Part shown: piece after piece, positions 24,476 through 32,000 of the stretch | Position numbering within the stretch: position 1 is the first letter of the stretch | Layout of the letters: each line of letters starts with the position of its first letter | Source of the DNA: Halomicronema hongdechloris C2206 | GTDB lineage: Bacteria > Cyanobacteriota > Cyanobacteriia > Phormidesmidales > Phormidesmidaceae | Direction of reading: 5' to 3' | Length of the DNA: 32,000 nt | Assembly: GCF_002075285.3 (NCBI RefSeq) | Contig: NZ_CP021983.2 | Span: forward strand, 4,410,001-4,442,000 | Program-made: the position numbers and the translations under genes | Notes under the pieces: generated by a model | The model's database searches: none | Seen by the model: the letters and a program-made list of their open reading frames with translations, nothing else | Told to the model about the DNA's origin: nothing

Positions 24476-26053
24476 TTGTCTGCTAGCTACCCCCTACCGC
24501 GACGAGTCAATTCAGGGGGTAGCCAACTGACTCCCCTCAGGGTTCCGCCTGAGCGTCAGGGCTTCATCAAACATCCCACTGCCCGCTGGCTTACTCATGA
24601 TCTGCTGTTTCACTATCAGCGCTGTAGCCGCCGGGCGTTTTTAGATCTCTATGGCACCTCGACCCAGCCAGATCCGCCCAGCGATTACCTGGAGAAGCTG
24701 AAGCAGGATAGCACCCACCATCGCCAAGGGATGTTGCAGCGCTATCAGCCTCGCCACCGCCCCCTCTATCCAGCCCGGGACTGGCAGGCAGGCAGGCAAG
24801 CTACCCAGGCGTTGATGGCCCAGGGAGTCGACCACATCACCCAGGGAGTGCTGACAGCACCGGCGACCGCCGGCATTGCCTTGGTTAGCCGTCCAGATCT
24901 ACTGATCAAGCAGCCGGGCAAGTCCTTCTGGGGCGACTGGTACTACGTGCCCATGGATATCAAGTTGGGTAAGAAGCCCAAGCTTGACTATCAGGTGGTG
25001 GCGGCGTTTCATGCCTATCTGCTGTCCCATACCCAGGGGATGTGGCCGGAGGAGAGTTGGTTGGCGCTGCGGGAAGGCCGCCTCTATTCAGTGGACTTAG
25101 TGCGGCAAATTCCCAAAATGCAGGAGGTGCTGGCCGATTGTCTGCAAGATCTGCAAGCAGAGACGGCACCGTCGGTATTTATTTCCCATAGTCGCTGTGA
25201 CCTGTGCCATTGGTTTAGCCACTGCTACGACCAGGCCAAGACCACCCAGCACCTGTCCCTGCTGCCGGGGGTAACGCCGGCCCGCTACAGCCAGTTGCAG
25301 GGATTGCAGTTGACCACGGTAGAGGCCCTGGCCCAGGCCAACCCTAGGCGGTTGGCTCCCTTACCGGGGTTTGGGGAAACGGTGGCCGAGAAGCTGATCC
25401 ATCAAGCCCAGGCTATCCTGCATAATCGCGCCATTGCCCGCACGGATGAGGATAACCGCTTTCCCCTGGTCCCAGGGCAGTTGCCCTCGGCCGCCGTAGA
25501 ACTCTATTTCGACATCGAGGCGGCTCCTGATCAGGATCTGATCTACCTGCATGGGGTGCTGGTGGTCAATCATGAAGCCGGCAGCGAGGAGTTCCATGCG
25601 TTGCTGGCGGAGACCCCGGAAGAGGAATACGAGGCTTGGCAAGGGTTTCTGGCTCTGGTGCAGCGATATCCTGAAGCACCCATCTATCATTTCTGTCCCT
25701 ATGAGGCCCAGACCGCCCGTAAGTTGGCCCGTCTCTATGGCACAGCGGATGCCGTCGTTGAGCCCTTGCTAGCACGCTTCGTGGATATGCACTGGTGCAT
25801 CACGGAATCGGTAACCTTGCCGATTGAGAGCTATGCCCTGAAGCACATTGCCCGCTGGATTGGCTTCGACTGGCGCGATAGCGGCGCCAATGGGGCCCAG
25901 TCCATCTGCTGGTATAACGATTGGCTGACCACGTGCGATCGCACCTATCTAGAGGCCATCCTGCGCTACAACGAGGACGACTGCCGCGCCACCTACTGGA
26001 TCAAACGCTGGTTAGTGGAATTTGCCCAGCCCTTTTGGGCACCAAAGCCATAG
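24476..26053 (+). CDS. TM0106-family RecB-like nuclease fused to an RNase-H-like exonuclease domain
   Basis: YQRCSRRAFLD N-terminus, PD-(D/E)xK-like DIKLGKK, Cys cluster HSRCDLCHWFSHC, a helix-hairpin-helix (LPGVTPARYSQLQGLQLTTVEALA), then ELYFDIEA...YHFCPYE...YNEDDC. The start is uncertain, since the track uses a TTG. Confidence 0.78.
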   Translation: MSASYPLPRRVNSGGSQLTPLRVPPERQGFIKHPTARWLTHDLLFHYQRCSRRAFLDLYGTSTQPDPPSDYLEKLKQDSTHHRQGMLQRYQPRHRPLYPARDWQAGRQATQALMAQGVDHITQGVLTAPATAGIALVSRPDLLIKQPGKSFWGDWYYVPMDIKLGKKPKLDYQVVAAFHAYLLSHTQGMWPEESWLALREGRLYSVDLVRQIPKMQEVLADCLQDLQAETAPSVFISHSRCDLCHWFSHCYDQAKTTQHLSLLPGVTPARYSQLQGLQLTTVEALAQANPRRLAPLPGFGETVAEKLIHQAQAILHNRAIARTDEDNRFPLVPGQLPSAAVELYFDIEAAPDQDLIYLHGVLVVNHEAGSEEFHALLAETPEEEYEAWQGFLALVQRYPEAPIYHFCPYEAQTARKLARLYGTADAVVEPLLARFVDMHWCITESVTLPIESYALKHIARWIGFDWRDSGANGAQSICWYNDWLTTCDRTYLEAILRYNEDDCRATYWIKRWLVEFAQPFWAPKP

Positions 26054-26165
26054 CGCCCAGCGCGAGAGCGTAGTACCGTACTGATACCATGTCCAGCTGT
26101 TGTCTCGATAGCAATCATCTAGGGGTTGCTGAGGCAAGGTTTACCACTGGCAATCGGGAGTGAAC

Positions 26166-26981
26166 ATGACCATCCATCCAACCGCTGTGATTGAAGCGGG
26201 CGCGGTGCTGGGCCAGGGAGTGGTCGTAGGCCCCTTCAGCTACGTGGCCCACGATACCTATGTGGGCGATGGCTGTCACCTAGGACCTCACGTAACGCTT
26301 TTACCCTACACGACTCTGGGGGCTGGATCCCGAGTCCATGCTGGAGCCGTTCTCGGAGATATTCCTCAGGATTTGTCTTTCAACGATGCTGTCAGCCATG
26401 TTCGCGTTGGTCAGCAATGTGTACTGCGAGAGGGGGTGACCATTCATCGAGGCACCCAGCCAGACTCGGTCACAGTGGTCGGAGACGGCTACCTACTGAT
26501 GGCCAATAGCCATGTCGGCCACAACGCTCGCTTAGGCAAACGGGTAATCATGGCCAACGGTGCCCTGGTGGGGGGCTACGCCGAGGTAGGCGATCGGGCT
26601 TTTATCAGTGGCAACTGCTTGATCCATCAGTTCACCCGGGTGGGGCGTCTGGTGATGATGTCAGGGGGTTCCGCCGCCCAGAAAGATGTCCCCCCCTTCT
26701 GCATGACCCGTAGCTCCACCACCAATATCATCATGGGGCTGAATGTGGTGGGCCTGCGCCGGGCAGCCTTTAGCGCCCCGGAACGACAAACCCTGCAACG
26801 GGCCCTGCGGGTGCTCTATCGCTCTGGTCTAAACATTCAAACAGCCACTGCCAAGCTGGAGCAAGAATTCGACTCGCCCCTGGTAACCGAAATCTGCCAA
26901 TTCGTCCGAGGCTCGAAGCGGGGTATCTGCAAGTTTGTGAAACCAGCAGCCAAGGCCAGCGGCGACGAAGCAGGATGGTGA
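26166..26981 (+). CDS. lpxA: acyl-ACP:UDP-N-acetylglucosamine O-acyltransferase
   Basis: IHPTAVIEAGAVLGQGVVVGPFSYV hexapeptide left-handed beta-helix repeats, HV(G)HN, and a C-terminal helical domain (GLNVVGLRR.GFS...). No fabZ or lpxB is adjacent. Confidence 0.82.
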   Translation: MTIHPTAVIEAGAVLGQGVVVGPFSYVAHDTYVGDGCHLGPHVTLLPYTTLGAGSRVHAGAVLGDIPQDLSFNDAVSHVRVGQQCVLREGVTIHRGTQPDSVTVVGDGYLLMANSHVGHNARLGKRVIMANGALVGGYAEVGDRAFISGNCLIHQFTRVGRLVMMSGGSAAQKDVPPFCMTRSSTTNIIMGLNVVGLRRAAFSAPERQTLQRALRVLYRSGLNIQTATAKLEQEFDSPLVTEICQFVRGSKRGICKFVKPAAKASGDEAGW

Positions 26982-27103
26982 TGGCGAGAACGGAGGGAGG
27001 GTAGGCGAGTGGGTGGGTGGATGAGGAATAGGGTGATGGGGAGTAGCGTGGGTCTTGTCGCTGAAACAGGGAAAGCAATGTGTAGCCAGGGAAGGACGCG
27101 GGT

Positions 27104-27138
27104 TTTGAATTTTGAATTTTGAACTTTGAACTTTGAAT
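27104..27138. repeat. heptanucleotide tandem repeat (TTTGAAY) x5
   Basis: TTTGAAT TTTGAAT TTTGAAC TTTGAAC TTTGAAT, read directly from the sequence. Confidence 0.95.
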
Positions 27139-27218
27139 TTTTAGGGTTTGAGTGAGGGCATGCCAGGCTCTTACTCTCATCATGGGTTGAGCAAAAGGGA
27201 AACAAGCCCCTCACTTCC

Positions 27219-27349
27219 CTCATTGACTGACAAAACTTGCTAGAACCCAGACTATCCAAAGGGTCAGGGAACCTGCCCCCTACAGCATCCGAAATCTGGT
27301 AAGGGCGCGGTTTCCGCGCCCAATGCAGAATCTTTTGTCAGTCAACCAG
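27219..27349. mobile_element. MITE copy 2 (complete), same family as 2040-2159
   Basis: 131 bp. The 17-bp imperfect TIRs are CTCATTGACTGACAAAA and the reverse complement CTGGTTGACTGACAAAA, with a perfect 13-bp core at 27223-27235 / 27333-27345. It is flanked by the 9-bp direct repeat CTCACTTCC (27210-27218 and 27350-27358). Confidence 0.78.
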
Positions 27350-27564
27350 CTCACTTCCTTGCCGATGCAACGCGATCCATCACTACTCACCGATATGCCC
27401 TTCCGCAGGTCCAGGGCAGTAGTTCGGCAAGCTCACCACAAGCGGTTTGCCCTGGTCGTAGGGGTCCGGGGGAAGCAAAACTGGAACAATCTGTTTGACA
27501 AAAGGAACATTCCGTTAGCAAAATAGAGATCGCCTTAAAGGAGTGTCGCTTCGACCTCACGCGA

Positions 27565-27638
27565 GGGACTGTAGTTCAACCGGTTAGAGCACCGCCCTGT
27601 CACGGCGGAAGTTGCGGGTTCGAATCCCGTCAGTCCCG
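27565..27638 (+). tRNA. tRNA-Asp (anticodon GTC)
   Basis: A 74-nt cloverleaf folded by hand: acceptor GGGACTG/CAGTCCC, D stem GTTC/GAGC, anticodon stem CCGCC/GGCGG with loop CTGTCAC, and T arm GCGGG-TTCGAAT-CCCGT. The discriminator is G, and no CCA is encoded. Confidence 0.93.
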
Positions 27639-27920
27639 TCTTCCTATGCACAGACCCCAACTTCCGCCTTAGCGGCGACCGTTGCGGGTAAGCCTGCGGC
27701 TGGCTACGCCTACGAATCCCGTCAGTCCCGTCTTCCTATGCACAGACCCCAACTTCCGCCTTAGCGGCGACCGTTGCGGGTAAGCCTGCGGCTGGCTACG
27801 CCTACGAATCCCGTCAGTCCCGTCTTCCTATGCACAGACCCCAACTTCCGCCTTAGCGGCGACCGTTGCGGGTAAGCCTGCGGCTGGCTACGCCTACGAA
27901 TCCCGTCAGTCCCGTCTTCC
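27621..27920 (+). repeat. perfect tandem array, 92-bp unit x3 plus a 24-bp partial, beginning inside the tRNA-Asp T-loop
   Basis: Units start at 27621, 27713 and 27805, with a partial at 27897. All three read identically by eye. Each unit ends with the tRNA 3' segment CGAATCCCGTCAGTCCCG. Confidence 0.95.
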
Positions 27921-27989
27921 CCTGATTGCCACCTGCGATCGCATCGCATCGCCGATCAAATATCCTTCGGCGTCTCCTGACTCGCTAGG

Positions 27990-28469
27990 ATGACAGAGTA
28001 TGGTGACATCAAGACGATAGCAGCAGCGATGGCAGACATAGTGTCCCTGGAATTTTGGGTCTGGTTAGTCGTTATTGGGGGAACATTGGCCGTGGGGATG
28101 ATATCCATGAGTCGGGCCTATTTGCGGCCTCCGAGCAAGACCTTACTGTTTCCCCGGCCCCAACCGCAATCGTCGCTACCCCTCAGCCAGGCAGCCCGCC
28201 TCTCTTTTGAGCAGGGGTGTGAGGCCTTCAAGCAGCAGCAATTCCGTCGGACCATCGATCGCTTCGCCCAGGTAATCGCAGCTGAGCCCAACTGTGCCGA
28301 AGCCTTTCATAATCGGGGCTTGATGCAGGCTAACCTGGGCAATGATAACTATGCCATCGCCGATCTGCTGCAAGCCAGCGACCTGTACGATCGCCAGGGC
28401 ACGAAAGCTGGGCTAGAGCAGGTGAAAGCCCAGCTGCAGCAAATGGCCACCCGCTCTCAGGACAAGTAA
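27990..28469 (+). CDS. membrane-anchored TPR-repeat protein
   Basis: N-terminal TM helix (FWVWLVVIGGTLAVGMISM) followed by TPR units (..AIDRFAQVIAAEPNCAEAFHNRGLMQANLGNDNYAIADLLQASDLY). Confidence 0.72.
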   Translation: MTEYGDIKTIAAAMADIVSLEFWVWLVVIGGTLAVGMISMSRAYLRPPSKTLLFPRPQPQSSLPLSQAARLSFEQGCEAFKQQQFRRTIDRFAQVIAAEPNCAEAFHNRGLMQANLGNDNYAIADLLQASDLYDRQGTKAGLEQVKAQLQQMATRSQDK

Positions 28470-28474
28470 GGGCC

Positions 28475-29299
28475 ATGGCTAAGCAGCGCCTGGATGCCCT
28501 GTTGGTGGAACGGGGGCTATGTGACTCGCGGCAGATGGCCCAGCGGTTGATTCGGGCTGGAGCGGTGAGGGTCAACCAGCAGCTGGTGGATAAACCCGGC
28601 CATGCGATCGCAGCCAATGCAGATATCCAGGTGAAGCGCCGAGCACCCTATGTGTCTCGTGGCGGCGAAAAACTCGCCAAAGCCCTGGCCGACTTCGAGA
28701 TTTCCGTTTGCGATCGCATCTGCCTAGACGGCGGCATTTCCACCGGCGGCTTCAGCGATTGTCTACTGCAGGCAGGCGCCCGCTTGGTCTATGGCATCGA
28801 CGTCGGCTATGGCCAGGTAGCCTGGAAGCTACGGCAAGACCCGCGCCTGGTGCTGCGGGAGCGCACCAATCTGCGCCATCTCACCCCCGAGACCCTCTAT
28901 GGGCCAGACCGCTCTTGGCCCGATCTAGGCGTCATGGATGTCTCCTTTATCTCCCTAACCAAGGTGCTGCCCGCCTTCTGGCGATTGCTGCAGCCACCTA
29001 GAGAAGTGGTGCTACTGGTGAAACCCCAGTTTGAAGTGGGCCGGGAACAGGTGGGGAAAAAGGGCGTGGTTCGCGATGCCAAGGTCCAGGCCCAGGCCAT
29101 CTGGACCGTGTGGCAAACGGCCCAAGCGTTGGGCTGGCACTATCGCGGCCTCACCTGGTCGGCCATGGTGGGACCGGCCGGAAATATCGAGTATTTGCTA
29201 TGGCTGTCGGCAGATCCTGGCGTATCCCTGGAAGGGCCAGAGTTAGCGATGATCCAAGATCGCACCCAAACCGCTCAGACGACTCTATTGAAGTCGTAG
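28475..29299 (+). CDS. tlyA: TlyA-family rRNA 2'-O-methyltransferase (S4 domain plus FtsJ-like domain)
   Basis: RLDALLVERGL..SR..A..LI.AG.V.VN (S4 domain), YVSRGG.KL..AL..F, and the SAM motif CLD.G.STGGF.DCLLQ.GA..VYG.DVGYGQ. Confidence 0.9.
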   Translation: MAKQRLDALLVERGLCDSRQMAQRLIRAGAVRVNQQLVDKPGHAIAANADIQVKRRAPYVSRGGEKLAKALADFEISVCDRICLDGGISTGGFSDCLLQAGARLVYGIDVGYGQVAWKLRQDPRLVLRERTNLRHLTPETLYGPDRSWPDLGVMDVSFISLTKVLPAFWRLLQPPREVVLLVKPQFEVGREQVGKKGVVRDAKVQAQAIWTVWQTAQALGWHYRGLTWSAMVGPAGNIEYLLWLSADPGVSLEGPELAMIQDRTQTAQTTLLKS

Positions 29300-29388
29300 G
29301 GACGGAGCAGATTCATAGTGAGAAGAGAGGACTGGAGTCAAGGCATTAAATGCCCTGCCTTACTGGCGATGAAGATTTACTGAAGGTC

Positions 29389-29633
29389 TCTGCATAATCC
29401 CCCACAGCAGACCTATTATACAGAGGAAGATCCGGCTAATCACCCTATTTGGGAGTGTTATCAAGGCATTGATGGGCATAACATCCCGATTTGGCGATAT
29501 AGCCCGAACAAGATCTGCATAACACCCTATTTTGGGTGTTTATGCCGAAAATTTTCAGCCTAACTACTTTTAGCAGAGATGATATTCGACTTTAAGCCTG
29601 CCTAGTCACCTCGACTGGGGGTGTTATGCAGAA
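29389..29633. repeat. cluster of palindromic repeats with core CTGCATAACACCC / GGGTGTTATGCAG
   Basis: Copies are TCTGCATAATCCCCC (29389-), TCACCCTATTTGGGAGTGTTAT (~29441-), GCATAACATCCC (~29476-), the near-complete hairpin CTGCATAACACCC-TATTTT-GGGTGTTTATGCC (29514-29545) and GGGGGTGTTATGCAGA (29618-29633). The outermost copies are inverted relative to each other. Confidence 0.6.
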
Positions 29634-29896
29634 TAGAGGAGAGCAAAGCAGGCTAAACAATAGTTAGCTTCCAAGAGATCAGATCCCCTCTTTAAAATCC
29701 TTGATTAAAACATGCTCAATTAGTACAGTTGCATTTTACTTGAAGCAAAGATATAGAAGGTAGACAGTCGTTAGTATTTGGGTAGCAGTGTGCAGCAGCT
29801 ACAGACTCACAGCAGTATAATGTACTATTCACATGCTCAATGTCAGGCTGTTTAATTCTAGAGTCGCTTAGTTAAGACCGAAATGGAGTACTTTAG

Positions 29897-31207
29897 GTGC
29901 TTACTCAAATCGAATTAAAAAATTTCAAGAGCTACAGATCAGGCACTTTGCAACTTGGACGGTTGACCGTACTCATCGGGGCTAATGCTTCTGGAAAGAG
30001 CAACGTAATTGAAGCGCTACGCTTGCTAGCAAGAATTGCTGAGGGAGAACGACTTAGCCTTTTGGGTGGGCCTTATAAGCAAGACGAAACAATTTTTAGG
30101 GGAGGAGTAGAGAATCTTGGCTATCGGGGTTCAAAATCTTTCGGGCTTTCTTGTGTAACAACAGAGCCAGAGTGGAAAGATCTCTCAATCGATTTAAGTC
30201 TTGGAGGAGATGGAGATCTTCATGTTACCAAGGAAAAAATTACAAGTCATACTTCAACAGTTCCTTTGTATGAAATTACAAGCGCACCTCAAGGGGCTGG
30301 AAGTGACGTATTTGTTACTTATAACAATTTTGCCAGAGGTGGGAAAAAACCTAGCATAGTATGCAGCAGTCATATGGCAATTTTTACACAACTTTTGAGT
30401 GATATCCGCTTCCGTCCAGAGAACACTAAAAGTCGAAAAATAATTCCTAAGGTTGCTGAACGATATGTTCAATGGTTAAGTAGCATCGTATTTCTTGAGC
30501 CTGAGCCAAGCTCAATGCGCTCTTATGGTCATAAAGTTGATAAGGTACTCAAAGAGCATGGTGAAAACCTTTCAGGGGTAATCTATAACTTATGTCTTAA
30601 CCCAAATGTCAAAAGTTCGGTTCTGGATTTCGTTCAAAGTTTGCCTGAACAGGATATTGAAAATATCGATTTCATAGAAACACCTCGTGATGAGGTTATG
30701 CTACAGCTAACTGAAACCTTTGGCGGTGCATCGACTACCTATGATGCTTCCATACTTTCAGATGGAACTTTACGCGTGCTCTCTATTGCTGCAGCAATGC
30801 TTTCTGCACCTGAGCAAAGTTTAGTTGTTATTGAAGAAATCGATAACGGCGTACATCCTAGCAGAGCAGCAGATTTGTTAGAGCGGATTTCTAGTATTGC
30901 AAAGAACCGTGATTTACGGGTTCTAATTAGCAGCCATAATCCCGCACTTCTTGATGCCCTGCCTGATGAAGCCATTCCTGAAACTGTATTTTGCTATCGA
31001 AGTCCTCAAGATGGATCAAGTCAGTTAGTTAGATTGCAGGACATTCCCGACTATCCCGAACTCATTGCTCAGGGGTCTGTTGGGCACCTCATGACTCGCG
31101 GACTATTAGAACGGTTTGTTAAGCAACATCCCGGAACAGAGCAGAAAAAGAAGAAAGCAATGGAGTGGCTAGCTTCTCTCGCTGTGGTAGGGGAACCGAG
31201 AGAATGA
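29897..31207 (+). CDS. ABC/SMC-like AAA ATPase (AAA_15/21-type, as in PARIS AriA / Septu PtuA-class proteins)
   Basis: 436 aa with GTG start and GGAG 8 nt upstream. IELKNFKSY..., Walker A GANASGKSN, signature-like LSDGTLRVL, Walker B LVVIEEIDNGVHP and H-loop LISSHNP. Confidence 0.85.
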   Translation: MLTQIELKNFKSYRSGTLQLGRLTVLIGANASGKSNVIEALRLLARIAEGERLSLLGGPYKQDETIFRGGVENLGYRGSKSFGLSCVTTEPEWKDLSIDLSLGGDGDLHVTKEKITSHTSTVPLYEITSAPQGAGSDVFVTYNNFARGGKKPSIVCSSHMAIFTQLLSDIRFRPENTKSRKIIPKVAERYVQWLSSIVFLEPEPSSMRSYGHKVDKVLKEHGENLSGVIYNLCLNPNVKSSVLDFVQSLPEQDIENIDFIETPRDEVMLQLTETFGGASTTYDASILSDGTLRVLSIAAAMLSAPEQSLVVIEEIDNGVHPSRAADLLERISSIAKNRDLRVLISSHNPALLDALPDEAIPETVFCYRSPQDGSSQLVRLQDIPDYPELIAQGSVGHLMTRGLLERFVKQHPGTEQKKKKAMEWLASLAVVGEPRE

Positions 31208-31659
31208 AAGCAGTTGCAATTGTTGATACATCTATATTCTGCAATGTTCTCGATATTCCTCATATGAATAGTGAACGGACTCAGGTAATGCAAAAGTTGA
31301 AAGATTTACTTGAGGAAAGTACTAATCTTCTTCTACCTATGGCTGCCGTCTATGAAACAGGGAATCATATTGCTCAACTCAGTGATGGTGGAAACCGGCG
31401 TCAATTTGCTGAAGTTTTCATTGAGCAAGTCAAGAAAGCGATAAAAGGGGAAGCACCTTGGCAAGTTATGCAGCTGCCAGATATGGAGGAGGTTGGAGAA
31501 TGGCTAAGTAACTTTCCTGATTCAGCAATGCGTGGCGCAGGTATGGGAGACTTATCAATAATCAAAGAGTGGGAGAAGACGATTAGGATAACGCCCAATC
31601 ACCGTATTTTTATATGGTCTTTAGATGGCGATCTTCAGGGATATGATCATATTCCTTGA
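31204..31659 (+). CDS. PIN-like putative nuclease, translationally coupled to the ATPase
   Basis: The ATG at 31204 overlaps the ATPase TGA (ATGA). Acidic residues fall in PIN order: VAIVDTSIF, AAVYETGNH, GMGDLSII, IWSLDGDL. The fold assignment is an inference from motif order only. Confidence 0.55.
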   Translation: MKAVAIVDTSIFCNVLDIPHMNSERTQVMQKLKDLLEESTNLLLPMAAVYETGNHIAQLSDGGNRRQFAEVFIEQVKKAIKGEAPWQVMQLPDMEEVGEWLSNFPDSAMRGAGMGDLSIIKEWEKTIRITPNHRIFIWSLDGDLQGYDHIP

Positions 31660-31905
31660 TCCTAATAATTAAGCTTTAGCTAGCAGTGTTGACTTTTATG
31701 CAAAAATCTGTTCCCTTTCGAGAAAATCTTATTGATTCTAGGCTTTCGCAAAAAGCTGACAATTCAAATGCAGCGGACAGTTTTGAGCCGTTGCTGCTGA
31801 GTTTAAGGTTGTCTGCTGCCGATGATTTGAGCCGTTCCCTCTCCAGGCAAGCCTTTGACTTGAGAAAGTCGCATCAATGCGTCGCAACCTCCTCGGAACC
31901 TAACG

Positions 31906-32000
31906 CTATGATTTGCTGCCGTAGTAGAAGGCGATTTCTCTGTCTTTGAGGGGCGCAAAGCCAGCTTCCTGCAGCATGTGCTCCAGATCAGCCAGGGAAA
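31906..32000 (-). CDS. 3' end of a gene running off the window (possibly a SAM-dependent methyltransferase C-terminus)
   Basis: The minus-strand frame reads SLADLEHMLQEAGFAPLKDREIAFYYGSKS-stop (TAG at 31906-31908). The 'L..ML.EAGF' tail is common in class-I methyltransferases. The fragment is too short to be sure. Confidence 0.35.
   Translation of the reverse strand, partial: SLADLEHMLQEAGFAPLKDREIAFYYGSKS

Noticed and set aside
26770-27259. 137-aa and 140-aa minus-strand ORFs downstream of lpxA
   Set aside because: They run through the lpxA 3' end, the heptamer microsatellite and the MITE. The shared peptide DSLGSS.FCQSM also appears in the ORF over MITE copy 1, which shows it is repeat-encoded rather than a gene.
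27621-27920. A regularly spaced repeat array that could be mistaken for a CRISPR array
   Set aside because: The entire 92-bp period is identical between units, so there are no unique spacers. The repeated part is tRNA-derived, and no cas genes or leader are present. The 62-aa ORF at 27761-27949 is a by-product of the repeats.
31686-31949. 87-aa plus-strand ORF after the PIN-like gene
   Set aside because: It has a Ser/Leu/Arg-rich low-complexity translation and overlaps the 3' end of the convergent minus-strand gene. It has no ribosome-binding context and no recognisable motif.

Overview
The window looks like cyanobacterial chromosome. The HIP1 octamer GCGATCGC recurs throughout the G+C-rich backbone (checked at 228-235, 5763-5770 and 7191-7198). 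The backbone carries ordinary housekeeping and redox genes: isoaspartyl peptidase, a MarR/membrane-protein pair, a DUF1772 / NAD(P)H-binding / AraC group, an SGNH esterase, a three-reductase operon divergent from a MocR-type regulator, a CDF metal exporter, a LysE exporter, a class-V aminotransferase, a TM0106 RecB-like nuclease, lpxA, tRNA-Asp and tlyA. Four stretches that are visibly lower in G+C interrupt it and hold the accessory content.

(1) 1.3-7.1 kb resembles a decayed chromosomal integron. A 5'-truncated, frame-broken integron-integrase remnant faces a minus-strand array: a DUF4258/YgiT toxin-antitoxin (TA) pair, a CHAT-TPR protease gene translationally coupled to a VapBC-like pair, and a truncated globin. 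Three attC-like imperfect hairpins follow these units, and an IS5 element and a MITE are inserted.

(2) 10.7-11.2 kb holds a small two-gene module of unknown function.

(3) 12.7-14.5 kb holds an NTF2-like gene and an IS630 element with an A9 frameshift site. The IS terminus supplies the stop codon of the neighbouring SDR gene.

(4) 29.3-31.9 kb holds a palindromic repeat cluster followed by an ABC/AAA-type ATPase gene overlapping (ATGA) a PIN-like gene. I rate this the best candidate for an undescribed two-gene defence or conflict module.

Other notable structure:
- tRNA-Asp, whose 3' end is repeated in a perfect 92-bp x3 tandem array of degenerate tRNA 3'-part copies.
- A HEPN/MNT TA pair.
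- Two MITE families.
- A heptamer microsatellite.

All functional calls come from reading motifs in the supplied translations. No database search was possible.
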